From Podarcis cretensis (Eukaryota), in the NCBI GenBank assembly GCA_951804945.1, contig OX638151.1:53382001-53446000 (forward strand): a DNA stretch of 64,000 nt, read 5' to 3'. Positions 38,110 to 51,406 of this stretch are shown in pieces; the stretch's first letter is position 1, and every line of letters starts with the position of its first letter. The notes under the pieces were generated by a model. It saw nothing but the letters and a program-made list of their open reading frames with translations. It did no database searches and had not been told where the DNA came from. The position numbers and the translations under genes were made by a program.

Positions 38110-39997
38110 AATCACATAACCTCAGTGCTACTGCTTAGATTTTCTCTGTGGCCAGTAATTAAATAAGAAAAAATCCAGTCTTCTTTATTATGCCTCTTAC
38201 CTGCCTTTCAGCATAAGGATCTAGGATGAGATACAAGAGGATTTTAATCTGTTCAGGATATAAATCCCTCCAATTTGGCTTACAATTAAACTGTTTTTTA
38301 AAACAACAACAACAACACACAAAATAATAAAGAACTTTAACTTTTCTTTTATATTTATTTATTTATTCATTCATTCATTCATTCATTCATCCATACCCCG
38401 CCCATCTGGCTGGGCTTCCCCAGCCACTCAGGGTGGCTTCCAACAAAATACTAAAAATACAATAAAACATCAAACACTAAAAACTTCCCTAAACTTTTAA
38501 AAAGTTGGGCATCAGATAATCATGCCAAAACTTCATGGATATTAAGGGCTGCTGGTATCAGTGAGGCTGCCTTTGCTCTCCAGCAGATGCTGAACATCCA
38601 GAGTCCAAAGGATTAGTTCTTGAGGCATTTCCTCCAACCTGTCCAGTGCCATGACTAGACCTGCTAAAATGCCAGGATACATCCACAGATTATATCTTCA
38701 GATGATTTACCCTACTAAGAAATTATTTCTCAAGCAGAAGGGTGATAGAATTGAGCCTGAGCAGTAGAACCAGATTTCCCCTGTGTGTATTACTAATGAC
38801 TGCTTTAGAAAGCAGCAGGTGAGAACCAATAGATCCAATCCCTCTCTGAAGGAGCTATAGTTACTTGGAGAGCAGTCGTCAAAGAGGATTCGCTCGTCTC
38901 CTGGGATGGTGAGAGGCGCCAAGGTTTCACAGAGCTGAAGAGAAGGAAAGTTTGATCTTCCCTCTTCTTTCTAAAGAAAGGACAGAAGATGATTTCTGAA
39001 AGAGGGCAGCATTATTGGAACTTTTCCATGCAAAATTGTGGCTTGTAAGCCACATGAGTCATTTGTTCCTGCTCTAAAACTACTCTGGGGTTTTATGATT
39101 CACTGGCCGAGCTTCTGTTTACCGCTGTTTCCCTTTTCTCTCTCCTCAGAACTTGCCCCATGACATCATAATGCCTCCTTTTGTTTTATGAGCTCTTGGA
39201 CCAATTTGTTAGTACATCAGCTTCTAGTAGCCTGCCTAGAGGAAAGAAAGGCAAAGCTATAATGACTCGCTTCTCCATTTCTTCAGTTACAAAAGCCACT
39301 TATCATATTGTGGTGATGTTCTCACCCGGACTCGCTGCCAAAAGGAAGAGGCCTATTCACCTCTTGCTCACAGAATCTGTATGACCCGAGAGGCCATACA
39401 GAAGGAAACTTGGGGGAGGAAGCTTTGGAAATAATTAGAAGGTTGCTGAGGGTTGACATATTGTGCTAGTCTTGATGTAAGCACTTGAAAGAGCCTCCAT
39501 AACTGGACCCTCCTCCCCACAACACCTACATCAGTTGTGGGAAATCTGTGGCCTTCCAATGTTGTTAGATTCAAACCTCCATAATCCCCAGCCAGTATGA
39601 ACAATGGTCTGGGCTTGTAGACCAGCAATACCTGGAGGGCCACCTCTGGCATATCTTTGTTGCTTATTTCTCAAAAGACTGCTTTCCCATGAAACATTTG
39701 ACTTAGGACTCAGCTACATTAGTCAAGAAACAGCATTTTGAATGCTTTATAAACATGCAGCACCAGGTGGCTCCAGAGAGCAAAAATAAAATTTCTAAGT
39801 GATTTCCCATAGCATTTCCCCCCTTTTGTTATAATGATTTAATTTCTGACTTATTTATAGCCCTTTTTTTGCTGTGTGTAGATCCACCCTTAATCTCTCA
39901 TGCCTGACAGAAACACTTTGTTCATAACTTTCCATCTCCCGTTCAACCTCTTTGTTGACTGTTATCTTGCCCTCTCCTTCCCAACAATTTATCTTAA

Positions 39998-40356
39998 AAA
40001 AGGTAAAGGTACCCCTGCCCGTACGGGCCAGTCTTGACAGACTCTGGGGTTGTGCGCCCATCTCACTTAAGAGGCCAGGGGCCAGCGCTGTCCGGAGACA
40101 CTTCCGGGTCACGTGGCCAGCGTGACATCGCTGCTCTGGCGAGCCAGAGCCGCACACGGAAACGCCGTTTACCTTCCCGCTGGTAAGCGGTCCCTATTTA
40201 TCTACTTGCACCCGGAGGTCCTTTCGAACTGCTAGGTTGGCAGGCGCTGGGACCGAGCAGCGGGAGCGCACCCCGCCGCAGGGATTCGAACCGCCGACCT
40301 TTCGATCGGCAAGTCCTAGGCGCTGAGGCTTTAACCCACAGCACCACCTGCGTCCC
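39998..40356 (-). mobile_element. Sauria SINE, young full-length copy
   Basis: CpG-rich; 15-bp perfect TSD aacaatttatcttaa at 39983-39997 and 40358-40372. Confidence 0.97.
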
Positions 40357-42330
40357 TAACAATTTATCTTAAGATACTATAATTTAACATTCTCTCTTTC
40401 ACCAACTCATTTTTTCTTAATCCTTTATATCATTTCCACTAAAACCACATAATTTTCTCCTCTCCTTCCCCACCTCTCTGTTCTTGTATGTTGCTGTGAA
40501 TATTATTTCAATAGAAAAGTGGCATATGAAATAAATATTAAATCTTGGTATAATTCTGCTCTATGTGTTATTTGTTCTCCCGCTCTTGAAATTTCGAATG
40601 TAAAGTCTTTCTGGCAAGAACAAATTGTTTTGGCTTTGGTTGCTATATAAAATGCCATATACATTGATTGCACTATATTAATCTTTTTCTTCTTTTTTTT
40701 AAAGGTTCCACAGCTGCAAAAAGAAATTCCATTTTTTGCGGAGTAGAAAAGGCTGGTAATACATATACTTTTTGAAGGTGAGTGATATCTATTTGATGTT
40801 TACAGCCAGAAGAATCCTTCACAGTACATATTGGAGACCTATTCCCGTACATTCCTGTACATTTTTTTAAAACCATGATCATATCAGAGTGTACTAGAAA
40901 TCTGAACTGTATTGGCACATGTGAGGTTTGTGTGTGTGCCAAATCATCATTATATTTTTTATTTTAAAAAAAAAATTTGAGGAAAAATGATAATAGATGG
41001 TATTCTAGTAATGTGTCCCATCAGTGCAGAGATTTTCACTTGCCCAGCAGGACTCCCCTTTCCCCATATGCACCCTACACTCTCACCAAATCTGCTCCAG
41101 AGGCTTGGGGAAACTCCACAAAGAGATTTAGGTGGAGCCCAGGGGGAGAATGTTCCATTGTGCAAGCGGAAATCCTTGCACCAATGGAACATTCTTATTA
41201 GTGCTACTTTGGTTTCCACCCTGTGAGATGTTAGACTCGTGACAAAAATCATGATAGCAGGCAAAAACGTCTAACCCTCTCAGCTTAAGACCAGAGAATG
41301 AATATAAGGCAAAATGAAAGCCAACTTCAAGACCAAAATTGTTCATTTGTATGAAGGGTTTAACATCAGAAACTTGTCTAGTTTTAGAATATTAGTCCCC
41401 CCGAAGTCGTATTAAGCTCTCTCGGGGATTTCATGGTGGGGAAGGGCGTGTGTGTTTTCCCTTTTACATCTGCTGCCCTGCCATATTTAATTAAAGCCTT
41501 TGGAAGCTCATAAGCTCTTCTGAAAGAAAGAAAGAAAGAAAATCTCGAGACGGCATTAACCAAGACAATGCTGACTCATTCCTCCCCATGTCATGCTGGT
41601 ATTTAAGAAAAGGAAAGGTGGGTAGAAGTGATGCTTTATAATAAATATTATTTTATAGGCTGAAATAATGATCAGATGTATTATTATCTAGAGCAACTGT
41701 ATCTAACACAATGGGGATGTATTGTTCTGCAGAATGAACACTTACAGAATTAAACAATGTGAATAATGTTAAGTATTTTTTTCTTTAAAAGTAAGTATCA
41801 AAGTGAACTTTTAAAAAAAGAAAGCCATAGAATCCTACAGAGTAGCATTTCATTTAGTGTCCAAACTTTTTTTAAAAACCTATGTCATAAATAAAACAAT
41901 ATGTCCAAGTAAAGCCTGAGGGGTTTCATTTGATTAGCGTATTGGGTGCTGATGTGGAAGACCTGGGTTCAAATCCCCCCCTTAGGCATGCTCTCAATTG
42001 TCATCGTTTTATCCTTCCTCCCAGAGCTGCTGTGAAGATAAGCTTTGTTAAAGCTGCAAAGTAATGAAATGAGATCTAGAAATATATATCGCAATATTAA
42101 CCTGTCTATGCATGGATGTCTGGGGTGGGGGCAGCAGCACAGCCCCACTCCCTGTAGTCACACAATGCCCCCTTCACATGATTAACACGCAAAGAGGTCC
42201 AAAGTCTGCCTTTAGTCACAGACTGCATATTCCCTCCCCCCCAAAAAAGTATCATGGGAACTATAGTTTACGTATCACAGAGCTACAAGGTGCTTTATAT
42301 GTATGGTGTGTACACAGACGCAGTCTTAAA

Positions 42331-42581
42331 ATGGTATACCTTGGTTCTCGAATGCCTTGCGACTCAAATGTTTTGGCTCCCGAATGCCGCAAACCCAAAA
42401 GTGAGTGTTCCAGTTTGTGAACATTTTTTGGAAGCCGAACGTCTGGCGCGGCTTCCGCGGCATCTGATTGAGTGCAGGAAGCTCCTGCAGCCAATCAGAA
42501 GCCACACCTTGGTTTCCGAATGTTTTCGGAAGTTGAACGGACTTCTGGAATGGAGTCCGTTCGAGAATCAAGGTACGACTG
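42331..42581. mobile_element. Tc1/mariner-type MITE
   Basis: taccttggttctcgaa ... ttcgagaatcaaggtacgactg + TA; sister at 44656-44871. Confidence 0.8.
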
Positions 42582-43908
42582 TATAAGAGGAGGTAGCAGA
42601 CTATTGTATTAGGCTACACTGGGTTCTGTGCTGGCTGCAGGCTGCACTTGGGATCAGCAGGAGAAAGAAGCACGAAGTAACTGGTTTAGGCACACAACAT
42701 TTTTGAAAATATATAATCCAGCTGTTACTCAGATCTATTTCTAGCCTTAAGAAAACACAAAGGTTTTTTGTTAGGTAGAGAACAGAAGTAAAAAGGAAAC
42801 ATGGTGGTGGTTTTCATAAGAGCAAGCTGGAGATAATTTTAGTTGGTGTACTAAGATTTTTTAAAAAAAGTCAATAGAAGCTACACTCGGTAGCATTACC
42901 TAGTGGTTGGAAGGAATGTGACCCTCCCAAAGTAAAGCTCCACATGCAGGTTGCAGGAAATCCTCTTCCTGTTTGAGTACAAGGCGGTTGTGATCCTCTG
43001 CCTAGTAGTGAGCAGTGGGACATTGCTCTATGGCATCTAGTCACATACCATATCTGCCTCCTTCCATACGGGCACATACAGGAGACAAATCCCAGCTGTA
43101 AGATGGGGTGTTATGTGGGCTGTTGAAAAAGGAGTTGGATGAAAAAATTAGGAAGTGAGGAGCATGCAAAAGAAAAAGGCAGGGAGCTTGGAAGAAGGTT
43201 CAGGCTTACTAAGATGGACTGCTCATGGTGTGTGAAATTGGAAGGCTTTATTATACAAAGCAATCCAATTCCTAAAAGAAATATTTTAATAATGTGGGAT
43301 TTAAAATAATGGCCTTGTTCTGCAGTTTCCTTTCTGAGGAAAGTTTCCTTTCACACAGGAATTTGAACTCTTTGCTCCTGAGAATACTCTTCACTTGCTA
43401 TTTTGCTTTAGTAAAATTCTAAAATTTGCCTGACTTTTCTGCAGCTTCCTAAACTGTTGTAATCCCACTTCTCAGTGCAGCAGTTAGAAATGAACAGCAT
43501 AATATCCAGCACTGCAAACAACTGAGTTTTATTTGCTGGCAGAGACATTACCAAAGATTTAATCTACTAAAGCCATTAAAGTATTTGCAAAACACTCGTG
43601 CAATTAGTAACCAGTGCAGCTAAAGAACAAACAGAGAAACATTGTTAGGTTGGATAACAATACAAAACTGATCTCAAAAATGCTGCAAGCCACACACGGA
43701 GATTTACTATTAAACATGTTTTTTGTGTCCTTTCCTTCCAGCTCATTGATTGTTCTCCCCTATATATTGCATGGGGGATGCATTCTGGGTCATCGTGCGT
43801 CGGCAGAACGTGCTTAAGCCTGCCCCATACCCACTCCACCCCTTTCTGTTTAAAAAGTAGATTTAAATTAGGAGCAGCAATGTGGGCCAGCCATTTTAAA
43901 TCCAGCTA

Positions 43909-44134
43909 CAGTGGTACCTCGAGTTAAGAACTTAATTCGTTCTGGAGGTCCGTTCTTATCCTGAAACTGTTCTTAACCTGAGGCACCACTTTAGCTTATG
44001 GGGCCTCCTGCTGCCGCTGCGCTGCCACTGCACGATTTCTGTTCTCATCCTGAAGCAAAGTTCTTAACCCGAGGTACTATTTCTGGGTTAGTGGAGTCTG
44101 TAACCTGAAGTGTCTGTAACCTGAGGTACCACTG
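43909..44134. mobile_element. Tc1/mariner-type MITE
   Basis: TIRs cagtggtacctc / gaggtaccactg, TA flanks; near-identical to 53904-54117. Confidence 0.92.
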
Positions 44135-44655
44135 TATATGAAAATTGTTGTAAGCCCCTCCTCATTATCCATTTCTCTGAACTGTTCCCAAGTGACACCC
44201 CTTTCTTCCAGGCCACATATTTTTCCTTTGCTTTCTTTTTTCTTTACATTATATTTGTATGCCACTTTTCTGCAAAAAAAAAAAAAAAAAAAATCATGCT
44301 CAAAACAGCTTACTAGAGAAAGACAGGGATGTGTTTCAAACAAATACTGCAAAAACAATTTCATAATAACATAGTAAAACAACAACATAGTGACCATTTT
44401 ATAATAGCATGGCAAAACAATAACAACAAACCACATTTCAATACTATGCATGTAACAAGATTACTTAAACAACATGCAGCTTCCAATGGCAAAAAATAAC
44501 AAGAGAGCTTCACAGCTTCACCTTAGACTCCTCCCATGATGTTGCTCCCTTCTCTCTCCAAGCCACACCCCTCACTGGCCCTGCTCTGTGTCTTCCTTGA
44601 GTCCTTTTGCCTTGCTGGAATAGGTACTTGGGTTTCCTTGCCTGGATCAAGAAGA

Positions 44656-44871
44656 TGAACGCCTTGTGACTCGAACATTTCATCTCCCAAGCACCACAAA
44701 CCCAGAAGAGAGTGTTCTGGTTTGCAAACGTTCTTTGGAACCTGAACGTTCAATGCGGGTTCCACGGGTTTCGATTGGCCTCCAATCGGAAGCCGTGCCT
44801 TGGTTTCCAAACATTTTGGAAGTTGAACAGACTTCTAGAACAGATTCTGTTCGACTTCCAAGGTACTACTG
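44656..44871. mobile_element. Tc1/mariner-type MITE, left end missing
   Basis: Colinear with 42331-42581; ends ccaaggtactactg + TA. Confidence 0.75.
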
Positions 44872-46869
44872 TATATGTCTGTCTGTCTGTCTAGAACCCC
44901 CTGACTTTGCAAGCTAGTATGTATCTTTCTGGAAGAGTCGCATCCATGCTCTTCCCACTTTTTCCTCTTTCCTTGACCTCTGTTGGAGGGTTGCCCACAA
45001 GGGAACATGACTCCCAGGCTGGAAAAGTTTCCCTGACCCATTCATCTGGAATAGCGTATCATCTGTTATCTACAGCAAAAGTTCCCAAATGTAACTTGCT
45101 GAGACTGGGAGCTTCTGGAAGTTGTCTATTTCAAACGATGAAGCAATCACAGCCACATAAAGCTATCTCCAGGCATGCAACTGGATCTAAAGTATGCTTT
45201 TAAAGTCACCTTGAGTCAAGTTGCAAATGCTTCGAGCCAGCCTTGATTTTAATATTCTCCCACATCTTCAAGTACAGAAGGGCAAGGAGGAAAGAGGAAA
45301 GAAAAAAATATGTATTAATTAAATAAAATGTTATTATCTACTTTTCTGATTTCAAAAAGCTTCCATTAGCATTCTGGGCAAAGATTCAAGTCACTTCATA
45401 TTGCGCTCAAACGAGCTCACTCATCTTCCTCTCTAATAAAACCGGCACTAGTGAATCCATTTAATTAATGTCAGAAAGTGGCCTCAGAAGAATGCATCGA
45501 TACCACTATGTTTAGATGCCCAAATTTAATGCTTTCTGCCCTCCAAGCATCAGAGTTTAGTCTTCGTGGCTTGGCTTAGAACTTTAATAACCATTTGGAT
45601 TCAGAATTCTAGTGCTTACTTTTAGCTGCATCTCAGCCACACACTTCCAAGAGATGAAAGGTGAGCTGCATAAAATGCCATCAGGGAGATTAAGCCCCAA
45701 AGGACAGAGGCCTTAAATATCTGCCTCCTTCCCTACAGACCCTCTCAGTGGTAAGATCAACAAAGGGGGCTCTTCTGGTTGTTCAACTGCCCTTGGACAG
45801 CTTGAAGAGGGCATTCTCCATGGCCAACTCCTAAGCAGTGAAGTTTTCTCTCCACAAGTGTGTCCAGCACTTTCATTGTATATCTTTCATCATATGCTGA
45901 AGGCACATCTGGGGTATATATATGGATCCACCCTATTCTTCTAGTTGTAAATTGCTTTAACTGTTTTTAATATTGTTTTTTTTTTTGTATTGTTGTGACC
46001 CACCCTGGGACTTACAGTGAAGTGTGGGTTAAAAAATCCAAATAATACTATCACTAAAGGTGAGGAGAAAATCCTACTCATGCGTACCTTGGAGGAAGTC
46101 TCATTGACGTTAATGGCCCTTACTTCTGAGTAGTATTGTGCTGTCAGTAAGCAATGCATGTTTCAGAAAGAACGCTGTGCTTACACCGCTTTACATACAC
46201 TATATATGTGCATCCTCTCCAGAGTGACACCCAATGTATATGAAAAACTATAGCCAACATATTTTATGGAGAGATGATATTTGAACCTATAGCAGCTTAT
46301 CCAGATTTACCCCACATATAGGTGCTTGTTGTGGGCTATGCCATCTTATGATGCCTTTAAGCTTTAGAACAACCTGGTCATTCATGGGGAACAGTGAAAA
46401 TTCACCAGCAAGAAGTGAGACCTGCAACATACCATTGCTCTATGACCATTGCCAGCCATGCCCCTTTTTGCCATACTCCATTCCATTACCACCACCTCAA
46501 TTTTCCAAACCACCTCCAACATATACGGAATGTACTGTGGCCTCTGAGCATGTTTAATCCTTTGATAGGGGGTTCCCCCTATTTATTCTCCTGCAAACCT
46601 TGGAGTTACCGCAGGCCTGCTGATACCTTCTACAGTCAGCACTTGAGGAGTGAGTTTGCTATTAATTTATTAGTTGGCAAGCATAACAAATGGTTTCTTC
46701 CTGCATCCAAGCTTCTGGAATGGTCTAGAATTACAGCCAGGTGAGGAATGAAACCAATTCCATCTGGGAGGAACAATGCTAAGGTGCTGAAAGAGAAGGC
46801 TTTTTCCTTTTGAAAGTGGTCCATTTAGCTAGGATCTGATTAGTTGCATCCTCCTACCTGAGGGTCCAT

Positions 46870-47587
46870 GTTGTGTGCAGCCCCAGGACTCCCCACAACC
46901 GGTCAGTAATGCTGCTATCACTCCAGGGGCCTGGGCCAATCAGGGGTGCTGGCACAAGGTAAGTATATGGCAGTGAGATGTGTGCCTGTCTCTTGCTTTG
47001 TGCTGCCGAACGCCCGCCCACCCACCCATTGTTAGATCGGTGTCTGGCATTGCTTTGGACTTTGGTTGGTCACCTGTTTTGGAACGGGGGCCGGGTAGGA
47101 ATTTTTTCCAGTGTGGCAGATTGGCAGTGGCCACTTGGTTTTTGGCTACCTCTTAGCAATCGTCACAACTTTGTAAGGTTTGGCAGTTAGGCATTGGTTT
47201 AGGGGAATGTGGGGAGGGGAGGTGTGGCCATCACCTGCCCCTCCATGTGATAGGGTATTCCGTTAAAGGAATCCAGGGGTCTGGATCTCGTCCGAAGCCC
47301 AGGGAGGGACTAGGGCCTTGCCAGGACCCTCGGGAACCCCAGGGGTGAGCACCAGTCAATAGCCATTGTTGGAGCTCCTTCTGCTGGCAGTTTACCCTTT
47401 GCAGGCTTCCTGCTGGGTGGACAGGAGCCAATTATAGTCAGTAGATACCAATGTCTAAGCCAATACCAGTCACACCTGTGTATTCAATAAAGTTGTGGCC
47501 TAAATTTGCCCATTAACCTTGAAACTAAATTCTGTTTCCATTGTGTCTTTATTCCATGGGGGTGGGTTTTGAGGCTTGAAGCCCAAT
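46870..47587 (+). mobile_element. LTR- or DIRS/Ngaro-type terminal repeat
   Basis: ccaat and TATA-like motifs, caataaagttgtggcc; shares blocks with 56201-56953; no TSD seen. Confidence 0.5.
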
Positions 47588-50500
47588 TATTTTTTAAAGG
47601 ATCTGAGAGGTGCGAACTGGTGCTGCTGTGAATCTGGATCTGAATCTGCTTGCATTGTACCCTTGTGCATTTGTGACTGGGCAAAGATACCAATATCTCA
47701 AGAATTTTATCCACCTGAGAAAACACATCCAAGCTTCTCAATGGCCAGAGAAGACAGGTTTTGACACACTATTACTGCCTTTCACATCATTTCCCCAGCC
47801 TATCCTGAATGAAGGCTCCAGATTTTTAAAATGTCATATGTCCAAACCAAACATGTGTCTGACACCAGCAAGTCAGGTGTCAGTTGTTCTCATTGCCCAA
47901 TCTGATCATGCAGTTGTAACAAAATTAGCACAGGGTGTGGCAAACAGTTGGGTCCTGGCACATTCAAGTTGTGCGATTAAAGTGAATATGGTGTTCTTGT
48001 GCAACCAAAACCTGTTTCCCAAAAAATCATATGTAAGGTACGGAAAGCAATGAGGAAATGTTCCTGGAAAGCGTTGGCTAACAATTGCCTTAGGCAATTT
48101 TGTATTAACCTCCTGCAAACGAATCAGAATGGATGTTCAGTTAACAGCAGACATAACTCCCCCCCCCCCAAAAAAAAAACCCCTAACTTTGTGCAGAGAG
48201 ATTGGGATAAGTGCTCAATAAACAAGTTATCTGGAAGCAACCAAAGTATCTTGCAAAATCAGTGATGTATAACCGGTACCTCTTTTGTACCTATGTAAAA
48301 GACACCTCTTTTGTGAGGTGTTTCTCATTTCATTTTTCAGCATTTGGGGCTGGAGAAGCTGAAATCTGGAAGCACTTCCCCACATCCCAAGCAACAGCTA
48401 TGTGCACAACTGACTCTGAACACTTAACACGGGAGGCGCCCCTTAAATAAGATGGAGAGAGGCGGTTGCTGCTCTCTGAACTACTGTTTCAGCTTGCCTT
48501 TGCCGCACTAGCTACACTTGCTTCATCGTGTTTACAACCAGCACAGCAAGATGCTGTAAATTACATGATAAAATGGGGGTGGGAAGCAAGTGGAGAGGCC
48601 GACGTAGTGGCAGTAAGCCCAGAAGTGAAGCCAACAAGAGTAGACCTGGAATGCCCATCTGCTCTCATCTGTCCCCAGCTGTAGGGGACTCCGGGTTTGA
48701 ATGACTTTTCCTCGCAGTCACCTGCAGCTAATTAGCTGCCTCCATTTCAAAGTTTTGCTGGCTCGCTGCCCAGCATTCACAGCACTGCTCAGGTAGTGAC
48801 CTCCAGCATCTCACCCAGTGGACCTTGACTGTTCTTTCACCCGCAGCTAATTGACTAAAGCAGCAAAGGTGGGTTGGCTCCATTCGCAGGCAGTGCAGCC
48901 TCTCTGCTCAGCTCCGTTTTAGATTGTGCCAACGCAGGTGGCCAACTTTTTAACCGGCTATTGTAGCTGCGCCTTTAACACCAGCTTGATGTGCAGACAT
49001 TAACAAAAAGTGTCATGCTGCTATGAAGCTGTGAAGGTGCTGAACCAGCATCTTGAGGAAGTAGTGGATGAGAGCCAGTTAACTGTAGCTCAGTCCCGTG
49101 AGACAGAAGTTATGTTGGGGTGGGAGAGTGCATACCAAGGACTTTCCCAGCATCCTTAACAAACTACATTTCCCAGGATTCTTTGGGGGAAGCCATGAAG
49201 TGGTATTTTCAGGCTTTAAATGTATGGTGTGAATGTGGCCTCAGTCTCACAAATGAAAAATTTGTCATTCAAACTACACAATCCGTAAGGGGGGGAAATA
49301 TTTGAATTCTCTATTGGGATTTGTACTTCCTTTATGCCCAGTTGCCACTGAATAGGTATCTAGTGCCCAAAATATACTCTGAGGTACCGTGTTCCACAAA
49401 TACCCTGACACATGCTTAGGCCCTGAGTTCCTGCTTCAGATCACACACTGACTTCTGTTATTTGTCTGTTCTATTCTATTTCAACATTTCTGCTTCTACA
49501 TTGATAGATGATAATAAAGAATCCACTCTCAATATAGGAAAAGTGACTTTCCTTCAAATAATTACAGGGTTCAGCAGTGGGGAGGAAGGAGGGAGTTACT
49601 TGTCCTGAGAGCATTGCCTCTCCCTCTGGTACCACCAAGGTCCACCATGTTCCACACAGAAGAAAGCGGGGCCTCTCTTCACGGAGATATGCTGTCACGT
49701 AATTACTTTCCTGCCTGGTGGTGATGGTGGTAGTACTGACGATAATGTGTTTCCACAGTGCCTACAGTAACTCGTCACATAGTTCATTAAATCAAATACA
49801 CCCAATAGAAAAGGAGCGGAGAATAGTTGAGGTTGAAGATCATTTTGGCAATGAAAGCCTGAAGGTGTGAGTTTTTAACAGACATTTATACATTACCATG
49901 CCTGTCTCTCTGACCCTTAAGCAAGCCTGTTCTAACACAAACTAAATGGAGCTGTCTTTGATGAATCGGTGAAAGCATGAAAAAGGGTGGGGGATTTCAC
50001 TCAGGGCTGGCCCAAGACATCTTGATCCCTTCAATGAAGGACAAGATGGTGCCCTCAACTGAACAGAAGTCTTAAGGACTGGCAGCTAAACCTTACAGAT
50101 GATGGAACAGCATCCTTCACTGTAACTGAGGACTTCAAGCTACTTTAGAGGCTCCCAAAAGCCTTCCAATCTGCAGCATCCATTGCTTGAGGCAGTTGCC
50201 TCACTCTGCCCAACAGTGGGACCAACCTTGAGCATGAATTCCTCTTCTGAAAAACAATTAAAGGTGCAGAAACACTTCATTTTTTTCCCCATTCGCCAAC
50301 CTAAATCATTTACTTGAACAATGTAGCCATTTAGAGCCTTCATCCTCCCCTTTGGAAAGCCCTGCTATGCTCAGTGTTTTGCTTGCCAGAATAGGTAGGA
50401 GAGGAGGATGAGCAAAGGAGCTTTGAGGCTGGATATGAGCAGCTGCCTCCTCTCCAAGTGCCTCTGAGATTTTATATTGCATTTATTTATCAATTAAAAA

Positions 50501-50896
50501 TGATACCGCTTAATAGAATAAAAGTCCCTAAGTGGTTTGCACAGAGACAATACAAACGCGGCAACATTCAATCAAATTTCTCAAGATTAGATGAAAATGG
50601 GATGAAAACAAAATGGAACTGTTGATCACAGATAAAACTGAGCAGATATACTTTTCCCAGGCAGCCTTCTGTAGAGGCCACCTCCTCCATTCTGTTTCAC
50701 TGCTGCTTCTAGGATCAAACAAAGGCCCGTTTTAACTTTACTGTTTGTGTTCCGCCAAATCAGTCAGGAATACAAAGATGTCAAAGACCACCATGGCTTC
50801 ATCACTTACATCTTAACTACTTCATAGTATTGTATCTGGTTTACTCTCAATACAGCGAAAGAAGAAGCTTATCACAAACAGTGAACTCATCAGACC

Positions 50897-51051
50897 TCGG
50901 TGAAATAGCTCAGTTGGTGAGAGCATGGTGCTGATAACGCCAAGGTTGCAGGTTCAATCCCCATAAGGGACAGCTGCGTATTCCTGCATTGCAGGGAGTT
51001 GGACTAGATGATCCTCAGGGTCCCTTCCAACTCTACAATTCTATTATTCTA
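50897..51051 (+). mobile_element. tRNA-Ile-derived SINE with CR1 3' tail (lacertid Squam2/POM-like)
   Basis: tagctcagttggtgagagcatggtgctgataacgccaaggttgcaggttcaatcccc fused to ttcctgcattgcaggg..ttggactagatg...ccttccaactctacaattcta. Confidence 0.85.
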
Positions 51052-51174
51052 TAGTCTGAGTTAGTTTATAGCTAAAATACCTAACAGTTAAAGTTTGGGC
51101 CTACACAAGTCTGCTCAGAAGTAAGACCCACTGAGTTCAACGGGGTAAGTAAACGTGTATAGAACTGCAGTCCA

Positions 51175-51406
51175 AGAATCATAGAATCATAGAGTTGGAA
51201 GAGACCACAAGGGCCATCGAGTCCAACCCCCTGCCAAGCAGGAAACACCATCAGAGCACTCCTGACATATGGTTGTCAAGCCTCTGCTTAAAGACCTCCA
51301 AAGAAGGAGACTCCACCACACTCCTTGGCAGCAAATTCCACTGTCGAACAGCTCTTACTGTCAGGAAGTTCTTCCTAATGTTTAGGTGGAATCTTCTTTC
51401 TTGTAG
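51175..51406 (-). mobile_element. young CR1 LINE 3' end
   Basis: (ATTCTATG)n tail; minus-strand ORF ...[40 protein letters not shown]. Confidence 0.95.

Noticed and set aside
39855-40157. Duplicated ORF MCGSGSPEQRCHAGH... (also 57823-58038)
   Set aside because: Both are internal frames of two Sauria SINE copies.
50897-50970. Functional tRNA-Ile gene
   Set aside because: Acceptor stem does not pair and the sequence runs straight into a CR1 tail, so it is a SINE.
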